From positions 6,433-70,432 of the forward strand of contig JAOAAK010000028.1 in NCBI GenBank assembly GCA_026418905.1: a DNA stretch of 64,000 nucleotides. Reading direction: 5' to 3'. Within the stretch, counting starts at the first letter, position 1, and every line of letters starts with the position of its first letter. This DNA comes from Bacteroidales bacterium (lineage in GTDB: Bacteria; Bacteroidota; Bacteroidia; Bacteroidales; DTU049). Positions 28,873 to 37,923 of this stretch are shown here, in pieces. The translations under genes and the position numbers were made by a program. Below the pieces are notes generated by a model. It was given only the letters and a program-made list of their open reading frames with translations, made no database searches and was not told the DNA's origin.

Positions 28873-30651
28873 ATGTCAAAGATGATTAAGATTCGGGATC
28901 TAACTCTAAGAGATGGTCAACAATCTTGGTTTGCTACTCGCATGACTATGCATCAAGTTGAAAGAACACTACCACTTTATAAAGAAGCCCGGTTTTATGC
29001 CATGGAGGTATGGGGAGGAGCTGTGCCCGATAGCGTCATGCGCTTTCTGAATGAAGACCCATGGGAAAGGCTTAGCAGAATCAAAGAACAAATTTGTGAT
29101 GCATCAAAACTCACTGCTCTTTCCAGAGGGCGTAATCTCTTCGGTTACAATCCCTATCCTGAAGACGTTATTGAAGGCTTTATCAAACATACCATCCAAA
29201 CAGGTATTGACATTCTGAGAATTTTTGACGCTCTCAATGATTTGGACAATATCAAATCCAGTATCATTTATACGCAAAAATATGGAGGCATTGCTGATGG
29301 AGCTATTTGCTATACTACCGATCCTCAATTAGAACCTAAAAGCTGGTTTGGTGGACTTCTTAAAATTAAACCCAAATGGAAGCCGGTCTTTACCATCGAA
29401 TATTTTGTGGAAAAAGCTAAAGAAATAGAACGAATGGGTGCTGACATGATTACCATCAAAGATATGGCAGGACTTGTTGATCATGTCAGTGCTGGAAAAA
29501 TCATACGAGCTATAAAGCAAAACGTCAACATTCCTGTTGATTTCCACACTCATTCTACACCTGGTTACGGACTTGCTTCCACACTAACTGCTATCTTGAA
29601 TGGTGCCGATATCATTGATACATGTTTGCTTCCATTTGCCGGCGGACCAGCTGCCACTGCTTTTGAAATTATTTATCTTTTCTGCAAAAAACTTAAGATT
29701 GAAACAGATGTTAACATTGAGGTAATAAGCCCTCTCTCAGACATTCTCTTTGACATACGTAATGAATTGAAAGAATTTGACAGCATCCGAAAAACTCCCC
29801 GTCGCTTCGACCTCCAAAAAGATAAACTCCCTCTGGAAATTGAAAAAATGTTCGACATTGCCATTGAAAGTGTTGAGAAAGAAGACTTCGATAATGTTCT
29901 CAAAGCTTGCCATACGATAGAAACTTTTTTTAACTTTCCAGAACCTAACGAATTGGTTAAAATTGCTCAGATCCCTGGTGGAATGTATACCAATATGGTA
30001 GCCCAACTTAAACAACTCAAACTTGAACAACATCTTCAAAGTGTTTTAAAGGCCGTTCCTCGCGTACGCATTGATGCTGGCTGTGTGCCTCTTGTTACTC
30101 CTACTAGTCAAATCATAGGAACTCAAGCAGTTAATTGTATACTTGATGAAGTTAATAATCGACCATGGTACACCACGAAAAACACTCAATTTATAAATCT
30201 CGTCAAAGGGCAATACGGCAAGACACCTGTACCTATTAGGCCAGAATTCAGAGAAATGATCACAGGATCTCCTCACGAAGTTCCCTATGATACTTCAAAT
30301 TACAAACCTCAACCCAACAAAATTCTTTCAGAATATGGCAACAAACCTCTCATACGAAATGAAAAAGATCAATTGCTTATGGAGCTTTTCCCCAACGTGG
30401 CAGAAAATTTCCTCACACAAAGAGCTCGTTTAGAATACGAAAGAGAATTACAGGAAAAACGACAGGAAGAAGAAAGACTTCAAAAAATGAAAGAAGAAAC
30501 ATTTCTAAGCGAAAAAAAAGCTTACCATGAAATGACACCCGAAGAAAAAGCCGAACGCCTAATTTACGGCCTTTATAACTACAAATGGACTACATATTGG
30601 GAAGAAATGACAGAAAGCAACGAAGACGAACAAAACCGATCGGGTTGCTAA
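28873..30651 (+). CDS. Oxaloacetate decarboxylase alpha / transcarboxylase 5S-like carboxyltransferase, with no biotinyl domain
   Basis: N-terminal IKIRDLTLRDGQQS (HMGL-like TIM barrel), HTHSTPG and a PYC_OADA-like middle region. The C-terminus is a charged tail (ERELQEKRQEEERLQKMKEE...) with no AMKM biotinylation motif. I place the start at the ATG at 28873. Confidence 0.75.
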   Translation: MSKMIKIRDLTLRDGQQSWFATRMTMHQVERTLPLYKEARFYAMEVWGGAVPDSVMRFLNEDPWERLSRIKEQICDASKLTALSRGRNLFGYNPYPEDVIEGFIKHTIQTGIDILRIFDALNDLDNIKSSIIYTQKYGGIADGAICYTTDPQLEPKSWFGGLLKIKPKWKPVFTIEYFVEKAKEIERMGADMITIKDMAGLVDHVSAGKIIRAIKQNVNIPVDFHTHSTPGYGLASTLTAILNGADIIDTCLLPFAGGPAATAFEIIYLFCKKLKIETDVNIEVISPLSDILFDIRNELKEFDSIRKTPRRFDLQKDKLPLEIEKMFDIAIESVEKEDFDNVLKACHTIETFFNFPEPNELVKIAQIPGGMYTNMVAQLKQLKLEQHLQSVLKAVPRVRIDAGCVPLVTPTSQIIGTQAVNCILDEVNNRPWYTTKNTQFINLVKGQYGKTPVPIRPEFREMITGSPHEVPYDTSNYKPQPNKILSEYGNKPLIRNEKDQLLMELFPNVAENFLTQRARLEYERELQEKRQEEERLQKMKEETFLSEKKAYHEMTPEEKAERLIYGLYNYKWTTYWEEMTESNEDEQNRSGC

Positions 30652-30662
30652 CTTTTTCAAAA

Positions 30663-31367
30663 ATGGAATTATTTTATCTTCCTTATTTATATGAGGGAAG
30701 TATTCATATAACGGATAAAAACATCATACGACATCTTTTCGCACTACGCCTTAAAAAAGGTGATTCTTTATATTTCACGGATGGTAATGGTAATCGCGCT
30801 TTTTCGATAATCACAGAAATCAAAAAGGCAAACGTTCAAGTGCAAATCACAAAAATTGAATCTCTAGCACCTCCTGAAAAAAAAATTATTCTTTTCGTAT
30901 CACCTCTCAAAAATCCTTCACGTTTTGAATGGCTTGTGGAGAAGGCAACAGAACTTAATGTTCATTCTATTGTACCCATCCTTACCAAACGAACAGAAGG
31001 ACATTTAAAAAAGATAGAGCGTCTTAAACAATTAATAATCACAGCTAGCCTTCAATCTCAAAGAGTATTTTTTCCCGAAATACATAACCCTTTCGATTTT
31101 TCAAAGGCTATCCAACAATCAAATAATTTTTTAAATCTTATTGCTTATTGTGGAATCTGTGAAAAAAAAGTGTCACTTCCTCAAATTTGTCTTAAAAAAA
31201 AGGTAGCTATCTGGATAGGGCCTGAAGGAGATTTTACGGAAGACGAAATAATGGTTGCCCTAAAAAACAACTTCATTCCCATTACTCTTGGTCAACAAAG
31301 ACTGAGGAGTGAAACCGCTGCCATATCTGCTCTTTCCTTCGTATATTTGCATAATTGTACAATATGA
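30663..31367 (+). CDS. rsmE: 16S rRNA (uracil1498-N3)-methyltransferase RsmE
   Basis: N-terminal PUA-like domain (HLFALRLKKGD) and a C-terminal SPOUT knot (IWIGPEGDFTEDE...LGQQRLRSETAA). I place the start at the ATG at 30663. Confidence 0.85.
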   Translation: MELFYLPYLYEGSIHITDKNIIRHLFALRLKKGDSLYFTDGNGNRAFSIITEIKKANVQVQITKIESLAPPEKKIILFVSPLKNPSRFEWLVEKATELNVHSIVPILTKRTEGHLKKIERLKQLIITASLQSQRVFFPEIHNPFDFSKAIQQSNNFLNLIAYCGICEKKVSLPQICLKKKVAIWIGPEGDFTEDEIMVALKNNFIPITLGQQRLRSETAAISALSFVYLHNCTI

Positions 31368-32017
31368 AACTTGTTTATCTTTTATTATCGATAACAACAC
31401 TATTGGGATTCTCACAAACGGGCTCCTTGAAAATTGCATTGTTGAAATATAAGGGAGGTGGTGATTGGTACGCTAACCCTACATCCCTACCTAATTTGGT
31501 AAAATTTTGTAACGAAAATATTCGAACCAATATTTCAATGGACATACCTACCGTCGAACCTGGAAGTCCCGAAATTTTTAATTACCCTTTCGTCCATATG
31601 ACAGGTCATGGAAATGTAGTTTTTTCTGATCAAGAAGCACAAAATCTACGAAAATATTTGACTTCTGGTGGTTTTTTGCATATCGATGATAATTACGGCA
31701 TGGACAAATACGTTCGACCACAAATTCAAAAAATTTTCCCTGATATCCCCCTTAAGGAAATTCCTCTAAATCATCCCATTTTCAAAAAACCTTACCCATT
31801 TCCCAATGGGATTCCTAAAATCCATGAACATGATGGACTACCACCTAAAGCATATGGCATTTTTTTAGACGGTCGACTTGTTCTACTTTACACTTGGGAA
31901 ACCGATCTTGGCGATGGTTGGGAAAATCCTGAAGTTCATAAGGATCCTGAAGAAAAACGCCTTGAAGCTTTAAAAATGGGAGCAAACATCATCTACTATG
32001 TTTTCGTTGGCAAGTAA
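31364..32017 (+). CDS. DUF4159-domain protein
   Basis: Contains LLKYKGGGDWYANPTSLPNL...FNYPFVHMTGHG...LRKYLTSGGFLHIDDNYG. Its ATG overlaps the rsmE stop as ATGA. Confidence 0.65.
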   Translation: MKLVYLLLSITTLLGFSQTGSLKIALLKYKGGGDWYANPTSLPNLVKFCNENIRTNISMDIPTVEPGSPEIFNYPFVHMTGHGNVVFSDQEAQNLRKYLTSGGFLHIDDNYGMDKYVRPQIQKIFPDIPLKEIPLNHPIFKKPYPFPNGIPKIHEHDGLPPKAYGIFLDGRLVLLYTWETDLGDGWENPEVHKDPEEKRLEALKMGANIIYYVFVGK

Positions 32018-32855
32018 AAGAATTTTTCTTTTATTCCTTCTCTTTTTCCTTCAAGCATGCAAAAGAAATGAAGAAGGATTAATTATATTCCATGCAGGCA
32101 GTCTTTCTTCTTTCGTGGAAAATCTTAAGAAAGAAATCCCAACCGTCAAAATCATCAACGAAGCATCTGGTAGTGTGGAAGTAATACGAAAAGCCATTTC
32201 CTTAAGAAAACCCTGCGACGTTTTACTTCTCTCCGATGCTCGTCTCATTGATTCAATTCCCGACCATCTTATCAAATCAGCATACGTCTTTGCTTACAAC
32301 AGTATGGTGCTAGCTTATCATCCAGAAAAATTTCCAAATTTGACGACTCAAAATTGGATCAATATTTTTTCAACTCGAGGAGTGAAAATCGGTAGGAGTA
32401 ATCCATGTCTTGACCCTTCAGGTTACCGTGCTTTGATCATTTTAAATGAATTGAGCAAACGTTTCCCAGTTATCTCAAACATAATCCAAGAATCGAAAAA
32501 TTTCATTCGCCCCAAGGAAACCGATTTAATTGTTTACTTTAATCTAAAAAATCTGGATGCTATGATTACTTACAAAAGTATTGCTCTGGAAAATCAATTT
32601 CATTTTATCGATTTTCCAGACTCTCTTAACTTTGGAGTTGATTCTCTCGACTCATACTACCGACGCTTATGTGTCAATGTTGATGAATGTGGTCATTTTT
32701 TTTGCGGATCGGCTATTGCTTATATTTTAATTGAGCTAGAAGGATCGACAAAAACAGAAAAAATAGTTGAAGTTTTGCATTTTTTACAAAGCCAGTCGGG
32801 ACAGAACTTACTCAAAAAACACGGATTTCGCCCAACCTGGATTAAGATTCGCTAA
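31998..32855 (+). CDS. wtpA: WtpA-type molybdate/tungstate-binding lipoprotein (ABC substrate-binding component)
   Basis: Lipobox LFFLQAC. It is collinear with my recollection of archaeal WtpA (IFHAGSLS, EASGSVEVIRK, DVLLLSDARLI, MVLAY, GRSNPCLDPSGYR, RPKETDL, ITYKSIALENQFHFIDFP). Confidence 0.7.
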   Translation: MFSLASKRIFLLFLLFFLQACKRNEEGLIIFHAGSLSSFVENLKKEIPTVKIINEASGSVEVIRKAISLRKPCDVLLLSDARLIDSIPDHLIKSAYVFAYNSMVLAYHPEKFPNLTTQNWINIFSTRGVKIGRSNPCLDPSGYRALIILNELSKRFPVISNIIQESKNFIRPKETDLIVYFNLKNLDAMITYKSIALENQFHFIDFPDSLNFGVDSLDSYYRRLCVNVDECGHFFCGSAIAYILIELEGSTKTEKIVEVLHFLQSQSGQNLLKKHGFRPTWIKIR

Positions 32856-32857
32856 CT

Positions 32858-33634
32858 ATGAAAATCCTCGTTATTCTTCTTCGCGGATTACTTATCGTCG
32901 GTGCTATGCTTATTGTTTTCATTGTTTTCATGCCTTTTCTGGGTTTGTTCATGGAAACTTCTAAACACGCCCTAACAGAAACTATGTATGATTTGAACTT
33001 TTATTTATCCCTTCTTCGTTCGATTTCATTGAGTTTGCTAAGTGTTCTTGTTTTTGGCTTTTTTCTTCTTCCTTTGAGTTATGTAATATCTTGCAAAAAG
33101 TTTCCACTTAAAGGTTTCATTTGGGCATTGTTTCAAATACCGGCTTTTATTCCCCACATTGCTGCAGGCATTGCCTTGTTTGGAGTTTTTTCTGCCCAAG
33201 GTATGTTAGGCCAAAGGTTGACGGAAGTGGGATCATTCATTGTTGGTACTCCAGCAGGTATTATGTTAAGTATGGCTTTTGTAAGCCTCCCATATTTTTT
33301 TAATACGATGGTCGCTGCTTTTTCATCAGTTCCTAAAGAAATGGAATGGATAGCATTAAATGCAGGAGCTAATCAAGTAGAGTTTTTTTTTAAAATCCTT
33401 CTCCCTTCTCTGAAAAAACAAATCATATCAGCTGGAATCAGCATGTTTTCACGTGGAGCCTCAGAATTTGGAGCTGTACTTATAATAGCTTATTATCCCA
33501 AAACTTTTCCTGTTTATCTCTATGATACTTTTCTTGTCAAAGGTCTTTCTCATGCACTTGCTTCTACTGGGCTGGTCGTCCTCTTACTGCTTATTCTTTT
33601 TTGGTGGATATATTATACTTCCCACAGAAAATAA
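32858..33634 (+). CDS. ABC transporter permease (CysTW/ModB/WtpB type)
   Basis: Six predicted TM helices and an EAA-like loop (NAGANQVEFFFKILLPSL). Confidence 0.8.
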   Translation: MKILVILLRGLLIVGAMLIVFIVFMPFLGLFMETSKHALTETMYDLNFYLSLLRSISLSLLSVLVFGFFLLPLSYVISCKKFPLKGFIWALFQIPAFIPHIAAGIALFGVFSAQGMLGQRLTEVGSFIVGTPAGIMLSMAFVSLPYFFNTMVAAFSSVPKEMEWIALNAGANQVEFFFKILLPSLKKQIISAGISMFSRGASEFGAVLIIAYYPKTFPVYLYDTFLVKGLSHALASTGLVVLLLLILFWWIYYTSHRK

Positions 33635-33639
33635 CATCT

Positions 33640-34704
33640 ATGTTGATTATTAGGGATCTAGTGGTACAAAATCAAAATTTCAAGGCGGGACCTTTCAACT
33701 GTGAAATCAGTCCAGGTGAATGTCTTTTCGTAACTGGCGAAAATGGATCTGGCAAAACTACTTTTTTCCTTGGGGTTTCGGGACTACTTCCTCATAAGGC
33801 AAAAACATTTTCATGGAATCAGCTCGACTTACTTCAATTACCACCTCAAAAAAGACCACTATCACTTCTTTTCCAAAAGCATAATCTTTTTCCCCATATG
33901 ACGGTGAAAGAGAACATTGCTTTTTCATTGAAACACCGTGCTAGCAAGACCTTTCAAGAAAAATCCACCTTAGAAGAAATCAAACATACCTACCAACTGG
34001 AATCCATTTGGCACAAAAAACCCTCATTCCTTTCTGGTGGAGAATACCAACGTGCAGCTTTAGCTCGTGCCCTATGTTGGAATCCAGATATCATAGTGCT
34101 GGATGAACCCTTTACTGCTCTTGACATTCAATGGCAAAAGGAATTGGAAATTTTAATTTACTCCCTTAGATTAAAAAACAAAATCATTTTGCTTTCCTCG
34201 CATAACCCTGAAAAAGGAATAGGTTTATCTGATCAGGTATTGATGTTAAATAAGGGGCAAGTTACATTCTATGGAAAAACATCTGATGCAATCGAACAAT
34301 TGAAAATCTCCTCCTCTTACCAAGCCACTCTTGAAAATATATTTGGAATTCACAAAATGGAAAATTCTGGAGGTATCACTACTATATATATTAAGCCAGA
34401 GCTAAAGATTTATTCTTCTCAAATGATTCCTTTTCATGCTCGATTCATTCAAATAAATCCGTCCGATGTTCTAATTTCGTCCCAAAAAACTGAAACTTCG
34501 GCCCTAAATCAGATCAAAGGCATTATTGTAGCTATTCAACTTTATCAGAATATCGTTAAAGTGACTATTGACGCAGGTATACTTTTCACCGCATACATCA
34601 CGATCCAATCATGGAAAAACAGACATTTTCAGGTAGGCGAAGAAGTTTATGTCATTTTTAAAGCTTCACAGGTTGGTTGGCTGCCTGATTATTTCAATAT
34701 TTAA
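33640..34704 (+). CDS. ABC transporter ATP-binding protein with a C-terminal TOBE/Mop-like domain (ModC/WtpC type)
   Basis: Walker A GENGSGKTT, signature LSGGEYQR, Walker B IIVLDEP and an H-loop SSHNP. The ~120-aa C-terminal beta-rich domain is as in ModC. Confidence 0.8.
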   Translation: MLIIRDLVVQNQNFKAGPFNCEISPGECLFVTGENGSGKTTFFLGVSGLLPHKAKTFSWNQLDLLQLPPQKRPLSLLFQKHNLFPHMTVKENIAFSLKHRASKTFQEKSTLEEIKHTYQLESIWHKKPSFLSGGEYQRAALARALCWNPDIIVLDEPFTALDIQWQKELEILIYSLRLKNKIILLSSHNPEKGIGLSDQVLMLNKGQVTFYGKTSDAIEQLKISSSYQATLENIFGIHKMENSGGITTIYIKPELKIYSSQMIPFHARFIQINPSDVLISSQKTETSALNQIKGIIVAIQLYQNIVKVTIDAGILFTAYITIQSWKNRHFQVGEEVYVIFKASQVGWLPDYFNI

Positions 34705-34737
34705 GCAATTTTACTTCGACCAATTCACATTTTTTTA

Positions 34738-34745
34738 TAAGTTTG
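34738..34745 (+). promoter_or_regulatory. -7 box TAnnTTTG (taagtttg) for pepA
   Basis: Exact match. The ATG at 34756 begins 11 nt after the end of the motif. Confidence 0.5.
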
Positions 34746-34755
34746 CTTTAAAAAA

Positions 34756-36189
34756 ATGTTAATTGAATTTGTAAAATCCGATGACATTGAAAAGATTTCC
34801 AATCACGTCTGGTTAATATCTGATGTTGATCGCATTCCTCACCAACAATTGGAAAAGTCATGGAGTTATGTCCGAGAAAAACTAGTATCAGAGAAAAAAG
34901 CTAACGTTTTTCATTATCCAGGTGTTGACCTTTTATTTCTTCTTCCAACTTGCTCAAACATTCACGCATTTAACGAAGAGCTCAGGCGCTTAGGCAACCA
35001 AACTTATTTATTTTTCAAAAACAACAAAATTTCTGAAGCTACGCTTGTAATGGAGAAAAATGATTTTACTGGATATCTTTATTTTCTAGAGGGTTTCCTT
35101 CTTTCTAGCTACTATTTTGATAAATACAAAAGTGAAAAAGAATCATTTCGCTTCGAAAAAATCATATTACCCGAGTCTATCAAATTAGATTTTGAAGGTG
35201 CATGGAAAGAACTTACCATCATCCAAGATGCTGTTTTTTTTGCTCGTGATCTAGTAAACGAACCACCCATGGTTCTCAACTCGCAAACATTACCTCAATT
35301 AATTTCAGATAAATTGAAAGGAATTCCCAAAGTAAGCATAGAAATACTAGGTAAACAACAACTTGAAGAGCTTAATATGGGGGGTATTTTAGGGGTGAAC
35401 AAGGGGAGTTTTGTAGACCCTACTTTAACCATTATTCATTACAAAGGTACGGACAAAGAGACTCAACCCATTGTATTAGTAGGTAAAGGAATTACTTTCG
35501 ATACAGGTGGTATTAATCTCAAACCAACGGATGCTCTTGCAACGATGAAGTGCGATATGAGTGGAGCTGCTACTGTAGCCGGAGCATTGTATGCCATTGC
35601 TCGAGCAGGTTTAACCACTCATGTATATGGCTTAATTCCTGCTACCGACAACCGACCCGGCAGAGAAGCCTATGTTCCTGGAGATATCTTACGCATGTAT
35701 AACAAAAAAACTGTTGAAGTAAAAAACACCGATGCCGAAGGGAGGATCATTCTTGCAGATGCACTAGCTTACGCCGAAGAAAAAATGAATCCAGCCCTAC
35801 TCATTACTATTGCCACACTTACTGGAGCAGCTCATATAGCTGTTGGAGACTATGCTATTGCAGGAATGGAGCAAAGGGCTACCGACTATTTCCAAAAACT
35901 GATCGAAATTGGTCAAGAAGTACACGAACGTATAATTCCATTTCCCCTATGGGACGAATTTGGCGAAAGCTTGAAATCGGATGTGGCTGACATTTCTAAT
36001 TCTGGCTCTCGATATGGCGGCGCTATCATAGCTGGAAAGTTTCTTGAGTTTTTTACTACCTCTCCTTTTATCCACCTTGATATAGCTGGACCTGCTTTTC
36101 TCGATAAGCCTTACCATTACTTACCTGCAGGAGGAACAGGAATAGGGGTTCGTCTTTTGTTTACATTCATTAAATCTTTAAGCATTTAA
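34756..36189 (+). CDS. pepA: Leucyl aminopeptidase (M17)
   Basis: Contains VGKGITFDTGG, MKCDMSGAA and the NTDAEGRIILAD signature. Confidence 0.9.
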   Translation: MLIEFVKSDDIEKISNHVWLISDVDRIPHQQLEKSWSYVREKLVSEKKANVFHYPGVDLLFLLPTCSNIHAFNEELRRLGNQTYLFFKNNKISEATLVMEKNDFTGYLYFLEGFLLSSYYFDKYKSEKESFRFEKIILPESIKLDFEGAWKELTIIQDAVFFARDLVNEPPMVLNSQTLPQLISDKLKGIPKVSIEILGKQQLEELNMGGILGVNKGSFVDPTLTIIHYKGTDKETQPIVLVGKGITFDTGGINLKPTDALATMKCDMSGAATVAGALYAIARAGLTTHVYGLIPATDNRPGREAYVPGDILRMYNKKTVEVKNTDAEGRIILADALAYAEEKMNPALLITIATLTGAAHIAVGDYAIAGMEQRATDYFQKLIEIGQEVHERIIPFPLWDEFGESLKSDVADISNSGSRYGGAIIAGKFLEFFTTSPFIHLDIAGPAFLDKPYHYLPAGGTGIGVRLLFTFIKSLSI

Positions 36190-36206
36190 TATTTTTAAGA
36201 TTGTTA

Positions 36207-36214
36207 TAAATTTG
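36207..36214 (+). promoter_or_regulatory. -7 box TAnnTTTG (taaatttg) for comB
   Basis: Exact match. The ATG at 36223 begins 9 nt after the end of the motif. Confidence 0.5.
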
Positions 36215-36222
36215 ACAAACAT

Positions 36223-36936
36223 ATGCCCACCGTTGAAGTTTGCTTTTCTCCAGTTCTTTTTCCTCACATTTTAACTCAACCACCATTTGCTGCAGCGGTG
36301 GTGGATGTTCTTCGAGCAACCACTAGCATTACCACAGCCATTGAATTTGGAATCAAAGAAATTATACCCGTTTCCTCCGAAGAAGAAGCAAAAGAATTTA
36401 AAAAAAATGGTTTTATCCTGGCAGCAGAAAAAAATGGTCTTAAACTAGATTTCGCCGATATAGGCAATTCGCCTGATCAATTCATGAATCCTGAACTGAA
36501 AGGCAAATCCATCGCTTACTTGACCACCAACGGAACACACACCATTAAACTCACATCTCAAGCACGTTTGAGTGTCATTGCTTCATTTATCAATATCAGT
36601 GCGGTAACTTCCTTCTTAGCTCGTCAATCCATCAATGTAGTTATCTTATGTGCAGGTTGGAAAAACAAATTTAGCCTTGAAGATTCAATACTTGCAGGTG
36701 CGATGGTTGAAAAATTACAAGAATTTGGGCTAAAAATAGAATGTGACAGTGCTCATGCTGCCTGGGACCTTTGGAAAGTTGCTAAAAACGATGTCTTGAA
36801 ATACATTCAGAAAGCTATGCATAGAAGCCGTTTGCAAAAACTTAATCTTGATTATGTTCTCGAATATTGCTTTACCCCAGATAAATCTAATAAAATACCC
36901 ATTTTTGATGGTTATAAAATTTATGCCCATGAATAA
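36223..36936 (+). CDS. comB: 2-phosphosulfolactate phosphatase family protein (ComB-like)
   Basis: The VVDVLRATTSITTA and ILAAEKNG...GNSP motifs are typical of the ComB family. Confidence 0.75.
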   Translation: MPTVEVCFSPVLFPHILTQPPFAAAVVDVLRATTSITTAIEFGIKEIIPVSSEEEAKEFKKNGFILAAEKNGLKLDFADIGNSPDQFMNPELKGKSIAYLTTNGTHTIKLTSQARLSVIASFINISAVTSFLARQSINVVILCAGWKNKFSLEDSILAGAMVEKLQEFGLKIECDSAHAAWDLWKVAKNDVLKYIQKAMHRSRLQKLNLDYVLEYCFTPDKSNKIPIFDGYKIYAHE

Positions 36937-37915
36937 GCTAAAACCTGCCTTCCTTGGCATTATACTATTTTTTTTTCACGTGCAATGTTTCTCATGGGGA
37001 TTTTTCTCACATAAGTTTATCAACAAACACGCTGTTTTTTTACTCCCCCCAGAAATGATAGGATTTTACAAAAAACATATCGACTATCTTATTGAACATT
37101 CGGTAGACCCAGATAAAAGAAGTCACATCGCAGAAGGAGAAGCCCAAAGGCATTACATAGACATTGACGTTTACGGTGAAAATCCTTTTGATGTCGTCCC
37201 TCGCCGTTGGAAAGCTGCTGTAGAAAAGTATACAGAAGACACTCTCCAGAAATATGGTATTCTCCCATGGTGGATCGAAAAAATGTATTATCAGCTTGTT
37301 GACGCATTTAAAGAAAAAGATGTTGATAGAATATTGTGGGTATCAGCTAATTTGGGTCATTATATAGGCGACGCTAATGTTCCTCTTCATACCACACAGT
37401 TTTATGATGGTAAAACTCCCTATCAAAAAGGCGTTCATGGTTTATGGGAGTCTCGACTTCCTGAATTGTTTGCAAACAACTATGATTATTTCATCGGCAG
37501 AGCTCAATTTATTCACAATCCACTTGAAACTGCATGGAAAATGATCGAACGCAGTCATAGACAAGTTGACAGCGTTCTCAACATTTTCGATTCACTCTTT
37601 TTAAACTATAATCCATCCCGCATCTACGTAGTTGAAGAACGAAGCAATATCATCAAAAAACAATTCAGTAGAGACTTTTGCGAAACATACCATCGACTTC
37701 TGAATAACATGGTATATCGTAATCTTGTTAATAGCATTTACATGGTTGCCTCTTTTTGGTATTCGGCCTGGGTCTTGGCTGGGCAACCTGATCTTGATAG
37801 CTTACTAGACAAAGAAGTTAGCAAAGCTCATCGAAAAGAACTACAAGAAACCGAATACCTTTGGAAACATGGAAAACCTAAAGGTCGCCCCAATCCTGAA
37901 GAGAGTGAGGAATAG
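36929..37915 (+). CDS. Secreted zinc-dependent phospholipase C / S1-P1 nuclease superfamily protein
   Basis: A signal peptide is followed by the mature N-terminus WGFFSHKFIN. Contains HYIDID and GHYIGDANVPLHTT metal-ligand-like motifs. The ATG at 36929 overlaps the comB end by 8 nt. Confidence 0.55.
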   Translation: MNKLKPAFLGIILFFFHVQCFSWGFFSHKFINKHAVFLLPPEMIGFYKKHIDYLIEHSVDPDKRSHIAEGEAQRHYIDIDVYGENPFDVVPRRWKAAVEKYTEDTLQKYGILPWWIEKMYYQLVDAFKEKDVDRILWVSANLGHYIGDANVPLHTTQFYDGKTPYQKGVHGLWESRLPELFANNYDYFIGRAQFIHNPLETAWKMIERSHRQVDSVLNIFDSLFLNYNPSRIYVVEERSNIIKKQFSRDFCETYHRLLNNMVYRNLVNSIYMVASFWYSAWVLAGQPDLDSLLDKEVSKAHRKELQETEYLWKHGKPKGRPNPEESEE

Positions 37916-37923
37916 ATTTTCGA

